A stretch of DNA of 64,000 bases from Bacilli bacterium. Its GTDB lineage: Bacteria; Bacillota_I; Bacilli_A; RF39; UBA660. A program made the translations under genes and the position numbers. The notes below the pieces were generated by a model. That model was not told the DNA's origin, searched no databases, and saw nothing but the letters and a program-made list of their open reading frames with translations. Numbering within the stretch: position 1 is the stretch's first letter; the number at the start of each line of letters is the position of its first letter. Where the stretch lies: assembly GCA_051872655.1 (NCBI GenBank), contig JBJEEB010000041.1, positions 2,656 to 66,655 of the forward strand, read 5' to 3'. This document shows, piece after piece, positions 28,424 through 37,509 of the stretch.

Positions 28424-31423
28424 TTATTGCTCCCTTAAATAAGATTCTTCACCCCTTAAATATCCAATATAAACAACCTGAGCATCATCGCTATCTTCTT
28501 TACACGTAATTAAAATTATACTTTTAACATCATCATTAACATAAATACTAGCATAACCATCCTTCTTAATTTCATAACTATCACTATATATATATTGATA
28601 CTTATTGCCACCATCATAAAGATAGATTTCATCACCAAGTTCCATTTTATATAAATTACCAAAATAAGAATTATAATTATTACCATTATGTGATGCTAAT
28701 ATTATTCTATTATCGTTTTTTTCAATAATTTCAATATTATCTTTAACATTATTATGACTATTATTAACATCTACTAATCCTCTTTTTAAATTAATACTAG
28801 GTATTTCTATAAATGATGTATAACCATATTTATCATTTTCAGCAATGTCATTAACATCATTATTAAGTACTTTATCTATAGCTAACATATTTTTTTTATT
28901 ATCACTAATATAATTATAAAAATATATTCCAAAGTAAATAATACCAATAATAATAAATAAACTACTAAAAATTACTATCTTCTTATTATCCAAAAATAAT
29001 ATTAAAATAAATATAAATAAAATAATAATAACAATAATAATAAAATTTCTCATACCAACATTCATTCCAGTATTAGGAACATTTAATCTTTCATTATATA
29101 TTGTAGTTTCATATTCATCACTATCTAAAGTAAAATATATATTATTATCTAATATTCTATATCCAGTACTAGCTTCTACCTCTGCTATATAATAATCTCC
29201 ATAAGGTAAATCATCAATAACAATCATACCATTTTTATCAGTATAACCTTTATATACAACAATATTATCAGAATTTCTTATTTCAATCAAAGTATTAGAT
29301 ATTACCTCATTCGTTTTTAAATCCAATTTATGAATAATAACTTTACCTTTCTTAATATAATTATTAATATCAATCTCATAATTAATCTTTTCAGTATACT
29401 GATCCTTATATTTCAAGTCAATATCATAACTAATATCATCAAATACGTTCCCATTACTAGATTTAATTTCCTTCAAATAATACTTACCAAGGGGAATATT
29501 ATCTATTATTCCTCTTCCTTTACTATCAGTAACAATTTTATCTATTAAATCATCTTTATTATATATTAATTTATTATTTTCATATATATCATCTTTAGCA
29601 TATAACTCAAATTCAACATTATCAAGCATTATATTTTTATAATAATAACTATTATCTACATAACTAATATCTTCTCCATATTTATTAATAATAATCTTAC
29701 CCTTAACAATTTTATTATAAAAAGGAACCTCTAACATAACACCATAATTTTCATCATTAATAAAATTAGAATCTTCACCTATATAAAAATGTACACCATC
29801 TTTATTATACAAATAACCATTCATACTTTGATCAAATTCATACAAAACATACTCACCAGAATGAAGAACACTAGGTGTAATAAATTCACCATTACTAGAA
29901 ATATCAAAAGTATCTATTTCCTTAACCTCAGGGTAAGTAATTTTAAAAGAAACATATTTATTTTCTCTAACATCAAATATTTTAAATTTAATATTACTAT
30001 TAACAATATTATCTAAAGTATCAAAATCTTTCTTTACAATCTTCACTCTAGCAGTAACTTCACTATCAGATAATAGTCTATATATAGGTCTATCATCATA
30101 TTCATCAATATTAATCTTAAAATCATCAACTTTATAGTAATCCTTAGTACTAGTAATTTGTTTAAAAGTATAAATGCCATAATCTAGTTCTATACTAGCA
30201 TAACCATCATTATCTGTAACGATACTACCAATTTTATTATTATCTTTATTATATATATCAAAGACAATACCACTTTCAGTATTAAGAATACCAGTTTCAC
30301 TACTAGCAAAAACCTTAAATATATCCACTCTTCTCTTTATTATATCCTCATATACTATGATTTCTTTATTCAAATTATTTTCATCAATAACAACCTCATA
30401 AGTATTTAAATCAATCATATACCCCTCACTAGGAGTTCTTTCTTTAATATAATATTTTCCAATAGATAATTTATCTATAGTATCCTTTTTACCTGTAACA
30501 AAACTATCCACTAATTTCATATCAGAATCATATAAATCATAAATAGCACCACTTAAACTACCATCACCGCTAGGTACATTACCATTATCTCTATCAAGTT
30601 TAACTAATTTAATACTACCACTAATAATATTAAAATTAATCTTAATATTATCTTTATCTAAACCACCAGAAGACATCATTTTTTGATTATTACCAGAAGA
30701 ATATAGGAAAAATTGCTTGTCAGTATAATTAACCCTATTCAAAGTAATATAATTATTTTTAAATCCACTTTTAATAACAAGTTTATTATTATCAATAACA
30801 ACATTATCATTATCACAAACATATCTATCAAGCACATCATTAGAATCATAGAAAGAATACTCTTTTCCCAATATAACATCAATATTATCTTCAGCAAAAG
30901 AAGGTCTAGTCTTATGTTTAGTCATAAGTAAATAAATATCATTCTTCTCTTTAGATACATCGAGGTAATTATTTGTATCTATTCCAACCATATACTTAAT
31001 TGAAGCATTAGATAACCTATTCCAAATAATTTCCTGTGTAGCCATATAATATTTATCAGTATTATGTCCAGGATAGTTATAACCATAATAACTAGCTAAT
31101 TTAATATATTCTTCATCATTACTACTAAGGTTAGCTCCTTCAAAAGAATCTGTATAGGTATAATTAAAACTATCTATAGCCTTTCCAAGTTCTATGCAAT
31201 AAGCTACATCGTTTCCAAAAATATATTTACTAGCATATAAATACCTATTTCTTCCTAAATTATTATCATAATAATAAACATAAATATTATCGAATTTTTC
31301 CTTAATCAAGGTAGCATTATTTGCTCTTACTACATTACATAATGAAAACAAAAAAAATACAAATAACAAAATTTTTTTCAATAAAAACCCTCCTAAAAAA
31401 TTAATTAATTTTTGATTTTGCAA
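28424..31423 (-). CDS. Thioester-domain / Cna-B-repeat surface adhesin with a (V)PNTG sorting signal, fused in frame to a C-terminal sortase catalytic domain (999 aa)
   Basis: Signal peptide. TED signatures AYCIELGK and MATQEIIWN. Prealbumin-like Cna-B/SpaA repeats (GKYYIKERTPSEGY; GKYYLKEIKSSNGN; LPYGDYYIAEVEASTGYR). Sorting signal LNVPNTG, then TM and DNKK. A second TM follows, then sortase motifs (FIEIPSINLKRG, IILASHNG, FGNLYKMELGDEIYL, IILITCKED, YIGYLRGEE). There is no stop codon between the adhesin and sortase parts (junction nucleotides 28990-29070 read by eye). Confidence 0.7.
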   Translation of the reverse strand: MQNQKLINFLGGFLLKKILLFVFFLFSLCNVVRANNATLIKEKFDNIYVYYYDNNLGRNRYLYASKYIFGNDVAYCIELGKAIDSFNYTYTDSFEGANLSSNDEEYIKLASYYGYNYPGHNTDKYYMATQEIIWNRLSNASIKYMVGIDTNNYLDVSKEKNDIYLLMTKHKTRPSFAEDNIDVILGKEYSFYDSNDVLDRYVCDNDNVVIDNNKLVIKSGFKNNYITLNRVNYTDKQFFLYSSGNNQKMMSSGGLDKDNIKINFNIISGSIKLVKLDRDNGNVPSGDGSLSGAIYDLYDSDMKLVDSFVTGKKDTIDKLSIGKYYIKERTPSEGYMIDLNTYEVVIDENNLNKEIIVYEDIIKRRVDIFKVFASSETGILNTESGIVFDIYNKDNNKIGSIVTDNDGYASIELDYGIYTFKQITSTKDYYKVDDFKINIDEYDDRPIYRLLSDSEVTARVKIVKKDFDTLDNIVNSNIKFKIFDVRENKYVSFKITYPEVKEIDTFDISSNGEFITPSVLHSGEYVLYEFDQSMNGYLYNKDGVHFYIGEDSNFINDENYGVMLEVPFYNKIVKGKIIINKYGEDISYVDNSYYYKNIMLDNVEFELYAKDDIYENNKLIYNKDDLIDKIVTDSKGRGIIDNIPLGKYYLKEIKSSNGNVFDDISYDIDLKYKDQYTEKINYEIDINNYIKKGKVIIHKLDLKTNEVISNTLIEIRNSDNIVVYKGYTDKNGMIVIDDLPYGDYYIAEVEASTGYRILDNNIYFTLDSDEYETTIYNERLNVPNTGMNVGMRNFIIIVIIILFIFILILFLDNKKIVIFSSLFIIIGIIYFGIYFYNYISDNKKNMLAIDKVLNNDVNDIAENDKYGYTSFIEIPSINLKRGLVDVNNSHNNVKDNIEIIEKNDNRIILASHNGNNYNSYFGNLYKMELGDEIYLYDGGNKYQYIYSDSYEIKKDGYASIYVNDDVKSIILITCKEDSDDAQVVYIGYLRGEESYLREQ

Positions 31424-31580
31424 TTGCAGCCAAAGTATATAATATTTAGAAGGACAAAGTCAATATTATTTATCTTTTTTTTCAATTAAAATCTAAATAT
31501 AAAGCATTTATAAACATTTACAAGTTAAATTTGATACACTTATTCGTCCAAACAAAAGTATGAAAAAAAACATAACCAAA

Positions 31581-31949
31581 TTATGTTTTATAAAATCTAA
31601 TCTCTCTATAAATCCAAGTAATTATAACATCAACAACATAATCTACATCTTCATTAGACATATTCCTATTTTTACTTATATGATGCCATTTTTCCAAGCA
31701 TCCCCTACAACACGTACCTGTAGCATGTTGTGCTATAAATACAGGATGTCCTTTCATAGGAGTCTGTTTTCCATCATTAATATTAGAAATATTTTTAAGT
31801 CTCTTATTAACAAAATCATAAGCATGTTCTTTAATCTTATCCATTCCTTTACCTTCTATATATACAAAATCTTTCTCTTTTAAATGAAAACTATTTCTAA
31901 AAGTAGATTTAGATAACCTATCTAATACATCATTAATATCATTATTCAT
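31581..31949 (-). CDS. Small Cys-rich hypothetical protein (possibly DUF4186-like)
   Basis: 122 aa, HATGTCCRGCLEKWH motif. The family assignment is from memory only. Confidence 0.4.
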   Translation of the reverse strand: MNNDINDVLDRLSKSTFRNSFHLKEKDFVYIEGKGMDKIKEHAYDFVNKRLKNISNINDGKQTPMKGHPVFIAQHATGTCCRGCLEKWHHISKNRNMSNEDVDYVVDVIITWIYREIRFYKT

Positions 31950-31990
31950 AAGTATTACCTCTACATTATTATATCATTATTAATAAATTA

Positions 31991-32019
31991 ATTCAAAAAG
32001 AAAAGAGCATTTTGCTCTT
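31991..32019 (-). terminator. Rho-independent terminator after the cotD-like gene
   Basis: aagagca / tgctctt stem with a short loop. It is followed on the minus-strand transcript by UUCUUUUUG. Confidence 0.5.
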
Positions 32020-32043
32020 AAGTAATAAATAAATTTACTAATA

Positions 32044-32394
32044 TTATCTGAATTGACAACAAGATCCACATTGTTCATTAGTAACAACATTTTCTTCACA
32101 GCAAGTATATCTTGGTTGATAAGTATGTTTATAAATATGATTATTAACAATTCTAGTATTTATAGGACATACATGAGGTACAGTATGATAAATATTTCTA
32201 TATACAACTCTTTCTCTAGGAGTCTCTACTACTGGAGAACTAATTCCTCCCATTATAGGACCTCCCATCATTGGAGCACCAACATTATTATAATTCATAT
32301 TAGTGTTATCATTAACATTTTGATTAGTATTAGTTATATTGATATCAATATCACCATCATACATACCTTGATTAAAACCATCAGTATAATTCAT
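32044..32394 (-). CDS. CotD-family spore coat protein
   Basis: His/Pro/Val-rich C-terminal core VVYRNIYHTVPHVCPINTRIVNNHIYKHTYQPRY, then a Cys cluster (TCCEEN...CGSCCQF), as in the inner coat protein CotD family. Asn-rich N-terminus. Confidence 0.55.
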   Translation of the reverse strand: MNYTDGFNQGMYDGDIDINITNTNQNVNDNTNMNYNNVGAPMMGGPIMGGISSPVVETPRERVVYRNIYHTVPHVCPINTRIVNNHIYKHTYQPRYTCCEENVVTNEQCGSCCQFR

Positions 32395-32472
32395 AATTTA
32401 TCCTCCTATCTACACATATAATATGTTTTAATTAAATGTGTAAATAGTAAAGAAGTCCAAATTTAATATAAA

Positions 32473-32859
32473 TTAATTATTAATATCATAGTTCCATAAA
32501 CCCAATTTACCTTTGCAAGGAATTTTATTATCATACTTAATAACATTTTCTAATTTCCAAGCATAATTCCTAATATGATTACTTTTTTCATATACAAGAG
32601 GATTAGCTCTATATAATTTATCTTCAAACTCACTAGTAACAGGAATACATTCAGTTAATATTGCTTCCCCAATAATTTCACCAAAGCCATAATTAAGATT
32701 ATAATCTCTAAATCTTAAAGCATTATCTTTCTCTAAAGTAAGACCAGCATGTATTAGTATTTTACCTCTATAATTAGTTTTCCAACTTCTAAATTCATAT
32801 TCTTTATAACCATTAACAATCAAACTAGCCCATGGTTCTTTTATCGTAAGTACTTTCAT
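32473..32859 (-). CDS. ASCH-domain (PUA-like) protein
   Basis: MKVLTIKEPWASLIVNGYKEYEFRSW is the canonical ASCH N-terminus; 128 aa. Confidence 0.65.
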   Translation of the reverse strand: MKVLTIKEPWASLIVNGYKEYEFRSWKTNYRGKILIHAGLTLEKDNALRFRDYNLNYGFGEIIGEAILTECIPVTSEFEDKLYRANPLVYEKSNHIRNYAWKLENVIKYDNKIPCKGKLGLWNYDINN

Positions 32860-32867
32860 ATTTTTAC

Positions 32868-34175
32868 CTAAAATGGCATCTTAAAATTACCATTACCCAT
32901 CATCTTCATCATCTTCTTCATTTCTTCAAATTGAGTAAGAAGTTTATTGACATCAGTAACAGTAGTACCAGATCCATCTGCTATTCTCTTTTTACGACTA
33001 GCCTTCAAAATACTAGGATTTCTTCTTTCTTCAACAGTCATAGATAAAACAATAGCTTCCGTTCTCTTCATAATTTTAGGATCTATATTTACATTATTAA
33101 GTCCCATCTTCTTTGCTCCAGGTAGAAGTTTAAGAAGATTCTCTAATGGTCCAAGTTTCTTAATTTGATTAAGTTGTACTAAAAAATCTTCTAAATCAAA
33201 ATTACCCTTCATCATTTTTTTAGCAGTTTTTTCAGCTTCCTTTTCATCAATTTCATTTTGTACCTGTTCAACTAATGATAAAACATCACCCATTCCAAGT
33301 ATTCTAGAAGCCATTCTTTCAGGATAAAAAAGAGTAAGACCATCCATCTTTTCACTAACACCAACAAACTTTATTGGTAAATTAGTAAGATGTTTAACTG
33401 ATAAAGCAACACCACCTCTAGTATCACCATCAAGCTTAGTCAAAATAACACCACTAAGATTAATCTTATCATTAAATCCATTAATAACATTTATAGCATC
33501 TTGACCCATCATAGAATCAATAACTAAAATAGTTTCATTAGGATTAATTTCATTTTGAATATTAGATAATTCTTCCATCAATACATCATCAATCTGAAGT
33601 CTACCAGCAGTATCAATAAGAACATAATCATATCCATTATCCTTAGCATATTTAATACTATTCTTAGATATTTCTACAGGATTACCTTTACCTTCAGAAT
33701 AAACTTCAATACCAAGTTCTTTGCCAATTTGTTTTAACTGTTCAATAGCAGCAGGTCTATATACATCACAAGCTACAAGTAAAGGTTTCTTCTTATTATT
33801 CTTTCTAAGATAATTAGCAAGTTTTCCAATAGTAGTAGTTTTTCCACTACCCTGAAGACCCACTAACATCAGAGTGGCAGGATTACCATTAACATTTAAA
33901 GGAGTATTCTCTCCACCAAGTAAAGAAGTAAGTTCATCTTTAACAATTTTAACAAATACTTCGCCAGGAGATAAACTCTTATTAACCTCTTCACCCAAAG
34001 CCTTTTCCTTTACATTATTTGTAAACTCTTTTACAACTTTATAATTAACATCAGCCTCCAAAAGAGAAAGTCTAATCTCTCTCATCATTTCACTAATATT
34101 ATCTTCAGTTATTTTTCCATATCCCCTAATTTTATGAATCACATCTTGCAATCTATCACTTAAATTTTCAAACAT
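32868..34175 (-). CDS. ffh: Signal recognition particle protein Ffh
   Basis: N-domain (MFENLSDRLQDVIHKIRG), G-domain GLQGSGKTTT, DTAGR, TKLDGD, and a Met-rich M-domain tail (MMKMMGNGNFKMPF). Confidence 0.9.
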   Translation of the reverse strand: MFENLSDRLQDVIHKIRGYGKITEDNISEMMREIRLSLLEADVNYKVVKEFTNNVKEKALGEEVNKSLSPGEVFVKIVKDELTSLLGGENTPLNVNGNPATLMLVGLQGSGKTTTIGKLANYLRKNNKKKPLLVACDVYRPAAIEQLKQIGKELGIEVYSEGKGNPVEISKNSIKYAKDNGYDYVLIDTAGRLQIDDVLMEELSNIQNEINPNETILVIDSMMGQDAINVINGFNDKINLSGVILTKLDGDTRGGVALSVKHLTNLPIKFVGVSEKMDGLTLFYPERMASRILGMGDVLSLVEQVQNEIDEKEAEKTAKKMMKGNFDLEDFLVQLNQIKKLGPLENLLKLLPGAKKMGLNNVNIDPKIMKRTEAIVLSMTVEERRNPSILKASRKKRIADGSGTTVTDVNKLLTQFEEMKKMMKMMGNGNFKMPF

Positions 34176-34231
34176 AAATTATCACCTAATAACTATTATA
34201 CAATATTTTTATATTTTTTCACAAAAAATAG

Positions 34232-34260
34232 TTGATTTTTTTATTGATTTTTAATATAAT
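34232..34260 (+). promoter_or_regulatory. Sigma-A-type promoter for the tRNA-Gly gene
   Basis: TTGATT (34232-34237), 17-nt spacer, TATAAT (34255-34260). The tRNA 5' end is 16 nt downstream. Confidence 0.55.
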
Positions 34261-34275
34261 ATGTATATATCTGAT

Positions 34276-34350
34276 GCAGATGTGGTTCAACGATTAGAAT
34301 TCGGCCTTGCCAAGGCTGTGACGGGGGTTTGACTCCCCTCATCTGCTCCA
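34276..34350 (+). tRNA. tRNA-Gly (anticodon GCC) with a non-canonical D-loop and T-loop
   Basis: Hand-folded cloverleaf: acceptor gcagatg/catctgc, D-stem gttc/gaat, anticodon stem cggcc/ggctg with loop ttGCCaa, 4-nt variable loop, T-stem ggggg/cccct, T-loop tttgact, discriminator t, encoded CCA. The D-loop aacgatta lacks G18G19 and the T-loop has U at position 56. Confidence 0.6.
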
Positions 34351-34360
34351 TGTGAAATTT

Positions 34361-34389
34361 AACTAGTGCTTCACAGTACTAGTTTTTTT
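34361..34389 (+). terminator. Rho-independent terminator of the tRNA-Gly transcript
   Basis: aactagtgc ttcaca gtactagtt hairpin (about 9 bp including one G-U) followed by ttttttt. Confidence 0.6.
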
Positions 34390-34589
34390 ATGGAACAAAT
34401 GAGGGAAACAACACCAATCTTTTTTAGACAATTATTAAAATTAATAATTTTATCCCTTATAAAGTTCCATCTTACACATACTAAAGTATTAATATCATAT
34501 TCACTATTATTATTATCTTATTTATATATTCATTACCCTCTAATTTTTTATATTAATTAGCACTTAATAATTTAAAATTCATATTTACA

Positions 34590-37487
34590 TTAAATTACTT
34601 TTTTCAATATTTTATCAGTTTTTAAATCTATTGAACTTATTTCACATTCAGCTCTTCTATCAAATGAATTACTAAATATTTCAATACTACCATCTAAATA
34701 ACTAATAACATACCAATCATCATTGCAATAAACTTCTTTTAAATCTAATACATCTATTGTTTCATATTGTTCCAAAGAATTATTCTTTTCTGCTTTCACA
34801 TATCTTAATGCATTAACTTTTTTATTAATTTCAATCAAATAATTTTCTTCATAAGATTTATCTGATAAATAATGCATAATCTCTTTTCTATCATCTTGAT
34901 AACTAAAATAACTTTGTCCTAAATTAAATATACCATTTCCTCTAATTAAATATTGGACATTTTTAGAATCAGAATATTCTACCGCCTCAATCGGTTGTGG
35001 TAAAATATCAACAAACTTTCTTTTAATTCCCAATTTACTTCCAAAGTCCTTATCTTTAAGATTACAAGTTTTAGCTATTAAGCAAGGATATTTTTCTATA
35101 CCTTTTATTTCTTTATCAAAATTAGTAAACCCAATAGTTACATTTTTAATACAACTATCTATTCCTTCAAATTCAAATGAAATTCTTATTAATTCATCAA
35201 TAGCTTGTAAATATACATCAAAGAAATCAACACAATCTATCTTTTTTGAAATTTCAATATTATCAAAGCACAATAAATCTCCATTTCTCCAAACCCAACT
35301 ATGTGCTAAAATCTCATTATCTTTTTTAACAACAAATATTCTTCCATTAAAACTAGTTACAGCATGTTTTAAACATGAATATCCATTACCTAACACAGTA
35401 AAACAGCAATCAGTCTTATTACCAACACATAAAGCTTCCATATTATCTAATCTTAATATTTCATAAGAATATTTATCTTTTGTTCCTGTAATTCTTGGTA
35501 TTGTAGAAGATATTCTACCTAAAATCTGATCATGTAATATTAAAGTTTCATTTACAATACTATTTGTACATCCAATAAATTTAAATATTCCCTCTAAACG
35601 ATAATATTTAGGTGGTAGTGTTATTTCATCACTTTTTAAAAATTCTATTATTGTCTTTAATGATTTATCCTTATTATTCATCTCAATCATTTTCCATTCA
35701 CTAAATATTCTAGGAAAATATTTATATAAATCACTATCTTTATTAGATAACATTCCTTTAATCCTAGAATAATTTCTATCACTAAATAATAAATTAATTA
35801 TCTTAGTATTTAGTATTGGATTACCTTGTTTATCTAAAATTACATTCTTAATATCAACATTACCTACTAAATGCTCTAATACAGGTAATGTATCATCAAT
35901 TTCTAATAAAACTCTAGCGTTATTAAATCCAACCATTAACATTAATTTTAAAATTAATTGTTTATAATTTCTAAAATGCCAGTCGCTATTTTCAAACTTT
36001 TTACATAACTGTTTATGTTGTTTAACATTATAATTTTCTAATTGTTCTACAGTAAAATCTTCTACTTTAAAATCTATACTTCCTAATCTATTTAAGATTG
36101 TTATTTCTTCAATACTAGACAGCTCATATAAAACAGTAATTGACTTACCCATAACAATTTTATAAAATAATTTTTCTATTTCTATAAAATTATTATTTTC
36201 AATATTGTTAACAATATTTTGATTTCTTAAGAACAATATAAAATTTGATAAGTGTTGTTTATAATTTTTATCACTTTTTGTAATAATATTACTTTTTAAC
36301 ATTTCTCTAAGTTCACTTAAATTTTTAAAATATTTTTCCGAAAAAATAGAAGTCATTTCATCAATTTCCTCTAATATACCATTAGTTTTAATATTACTTC
36401 TATATTTTGTTTCAACATATCTCAATGCTGATACAGATTTTTTATGCCAATAAGAAATATAAAAGTTTGTGTCAAAAAGCAATTCAATATTACCAATTTC
36501 AAAAGTATCCAATATTTCTTTAAATTTATCATTAAATATTCCAGAATTAGAACATGCTATGATCCAATCATTTAAAGTTAATGAATTAAACACTTCTTTA
36601 TCATCACTATATAAATTAATAATAATTTTTGGTTTAATACTATTATTAATTTTCTTGATATCATGGTCTTGTATTATATTTTCAAAAAAATTAGATATTA
36701 AAATTTCTTGCTTCGTTTCATCAGTTTCACTCAAATACTCTTTTAAATCATATTCAGAAATATTACTAAATGTAGTATTTAATTTATCATAATGATCACT
36801 TACAAATTCTCTATATACATCTATATCTTCAATATACCTTATAAATGTTAATAGTTCTCTTGGTTTAAATTCATTAATTTTATCTATATATTTTTCTAAT
36901 ATAAAATCCATAAATTCTTTATTATAAATTCTTTGTTGTTCAAAAGCATTATTTATATCATGCATAGTAGCCTTATCATAACAACATCTATTATGAAAAC
37001 ATAATCCATTAATAAATTTTATATTTTCTACTTGCATTAATTCAGTATAAAATTCAGTATAAAAAGAATAATACTCTTCATGTGTAAATCCATAAAATAA
37101 ATTTTCAGGATTTTGACTTATAACTTTTCTAAATACATCAATATCAATATTTCTCAATTCCTTTAATACATTAAAAGAAAGAAAATATGATAAAGATCTA
37201 GGAGCCAACATTGTATAAAGAAATATATCTTCATCATGCTCTTTAATATATTTAATATTCTCTTTTATAAATATTATTTGCTTATCTTCTGGTAATTTAC
37301 TAATAATAAAATAAACAGAAAGAGGATTCATATCGTTAATATCTTTATTACCAGTTCTAATATATTCATCGCACTCTTTAAGAGCTTTTTCTTCATTTTC
37401 TTTACTTACATTTAATGAAAGCAGTATAGATTTTTTCCCAAGTTCTTCTAACAACACTTCAATTTGTTCACTAGTTAATTCTGGCAC
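34590..37487 (-). CDS. Large hypothetical protein (965 aa), mostly alpha-helical, with a possible transglutaminase-like Cys-His-Asp core near residues 690-750
   Basis: No family recognised overall. The segment GYSCLKHAVTSFNGRIFVVKKDNEILAHSWVWRNGDLLCFDN resembles the transglutaminase-like cysteine-protease core (G.C...A...G.PAR.V.G.....HAW.E....GW...D). It starts 22 nt after the upstream AAA+ gene, so co-transcription is likely. Confidence 0.5.
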   Translation of the reverse strand: MPELTSEQIEVLLEELGKKSILLSLNVSKENEEKALKECDEYIRTGNKDINDMNPLSVYFIISKLPEDKQIIFIKENIKYIKEHDEDIFLYTMLAPRSLSYFLSFNVLKELRNIDIDVFRKVISQNPENLFYGFTHEEYYSFYTEFYTELMQVENIKFINGLCFHNRCCYDKATMHDINNAFEQQRIYNKEFMDFILEKYIDKINEFKPRELLTFIRYIEDIDVYREFVSDHYDKLNTTFSNISEYDLKEYLSETDETKQEILISNFFENIIQDHDIKKINNSIKPKIIINLYSDDKEVFNSLTLNDWIIACSNSGIFNDKFKEILDTFEIGNIELLFDTNFYISYWHKKSVSALRYVETKYRSNIKTNGILEEIDEMTSIFSEKYFKNLSELREMLKSNIITKSDKNYKQHLSNFILFLRNQNIVNNIENNNFIEIEKLFYKIVMGKSITVLYELSSIEEITILNRLGSIDFKVEDFTVEQLENYNVKQHKQLCKKFENSDWHFRNYKQLILKLMLMVGFNNARVLLEIDDTLPVLEHLVGNVDIKNVILDKQGNPILNTKIINLLFSDRNYSRIKGMLSNKDSDLYKYFPRIFSEWKMIEMNNKDKSLKTIIEFLKSDEITLPPKYYRLEGIFKFIGCTNSIVNETLILHDQILGRISSTIPRITGTKDKYSYEILRLDNMEALCVGNKTDCCFTVLGNGYSCLKHAVTSFNGRIFVVKKDNEILAHSWVWRNGDLLCFDNIEISKKIDCVDFFDVYLQAIDELIRISFEFEGIDSCIKNVTIGFTNFDKEIKGIEKYPCLIAKTCNLKDKDFGSKLGIKRKFVDILPQPIEAVEYSDSKNVQYLIRGNGIFNLGQSYFSYQDDRKEIMHYLSDKSYEENYLIEINKKVNALRYVKAEKNNSLEQYETIDVLDLKEVYCNDDWYVISYLDGSIEIFSNSFDRRAECEISSIDLKTDKILKKVI

Positions 37488-37509
37488 AGTATAATCCCCC
37501 TTTCTTTTT

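Noticed and set aside
29330-30931. Three 72-75-aa plus-strand ORFs inside the adhesin-sortase gene
   Set aside because: They are antisense to a well-supported coding region and have Ile/Asn-rich low-complexity composition.
28424-31423. Possibility that the adhesin-sortase fusion is a frameshifted gene pair
   Set aside because: The two parts are in the same frame with no stop and no internal start. A frameshift therefore cannot explain it; only a lost stop codon or a true fusion can.
31560-31883. 107-aa plus-strand ORF
   Set aside because: It is antisense to the Cys-rich protein gene 31581..31949, which has the better coding features.
32053-32421. 122-aa plus-strand ORF
   Set aside because: It is antisense to the CotD-like gene and has Ile/Ser-rich low complexity.
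34366-34560. 64-aa plus-strand ORF
   Set aside because: It starts inside the tRNA-Gly terminator hairpin and has no ribosome-binding site, so it is probably not translated.
36469-36792. 107-aa plus-strand ORF
   Set aside because: It lies inside and antisense to the 965-aa gene.
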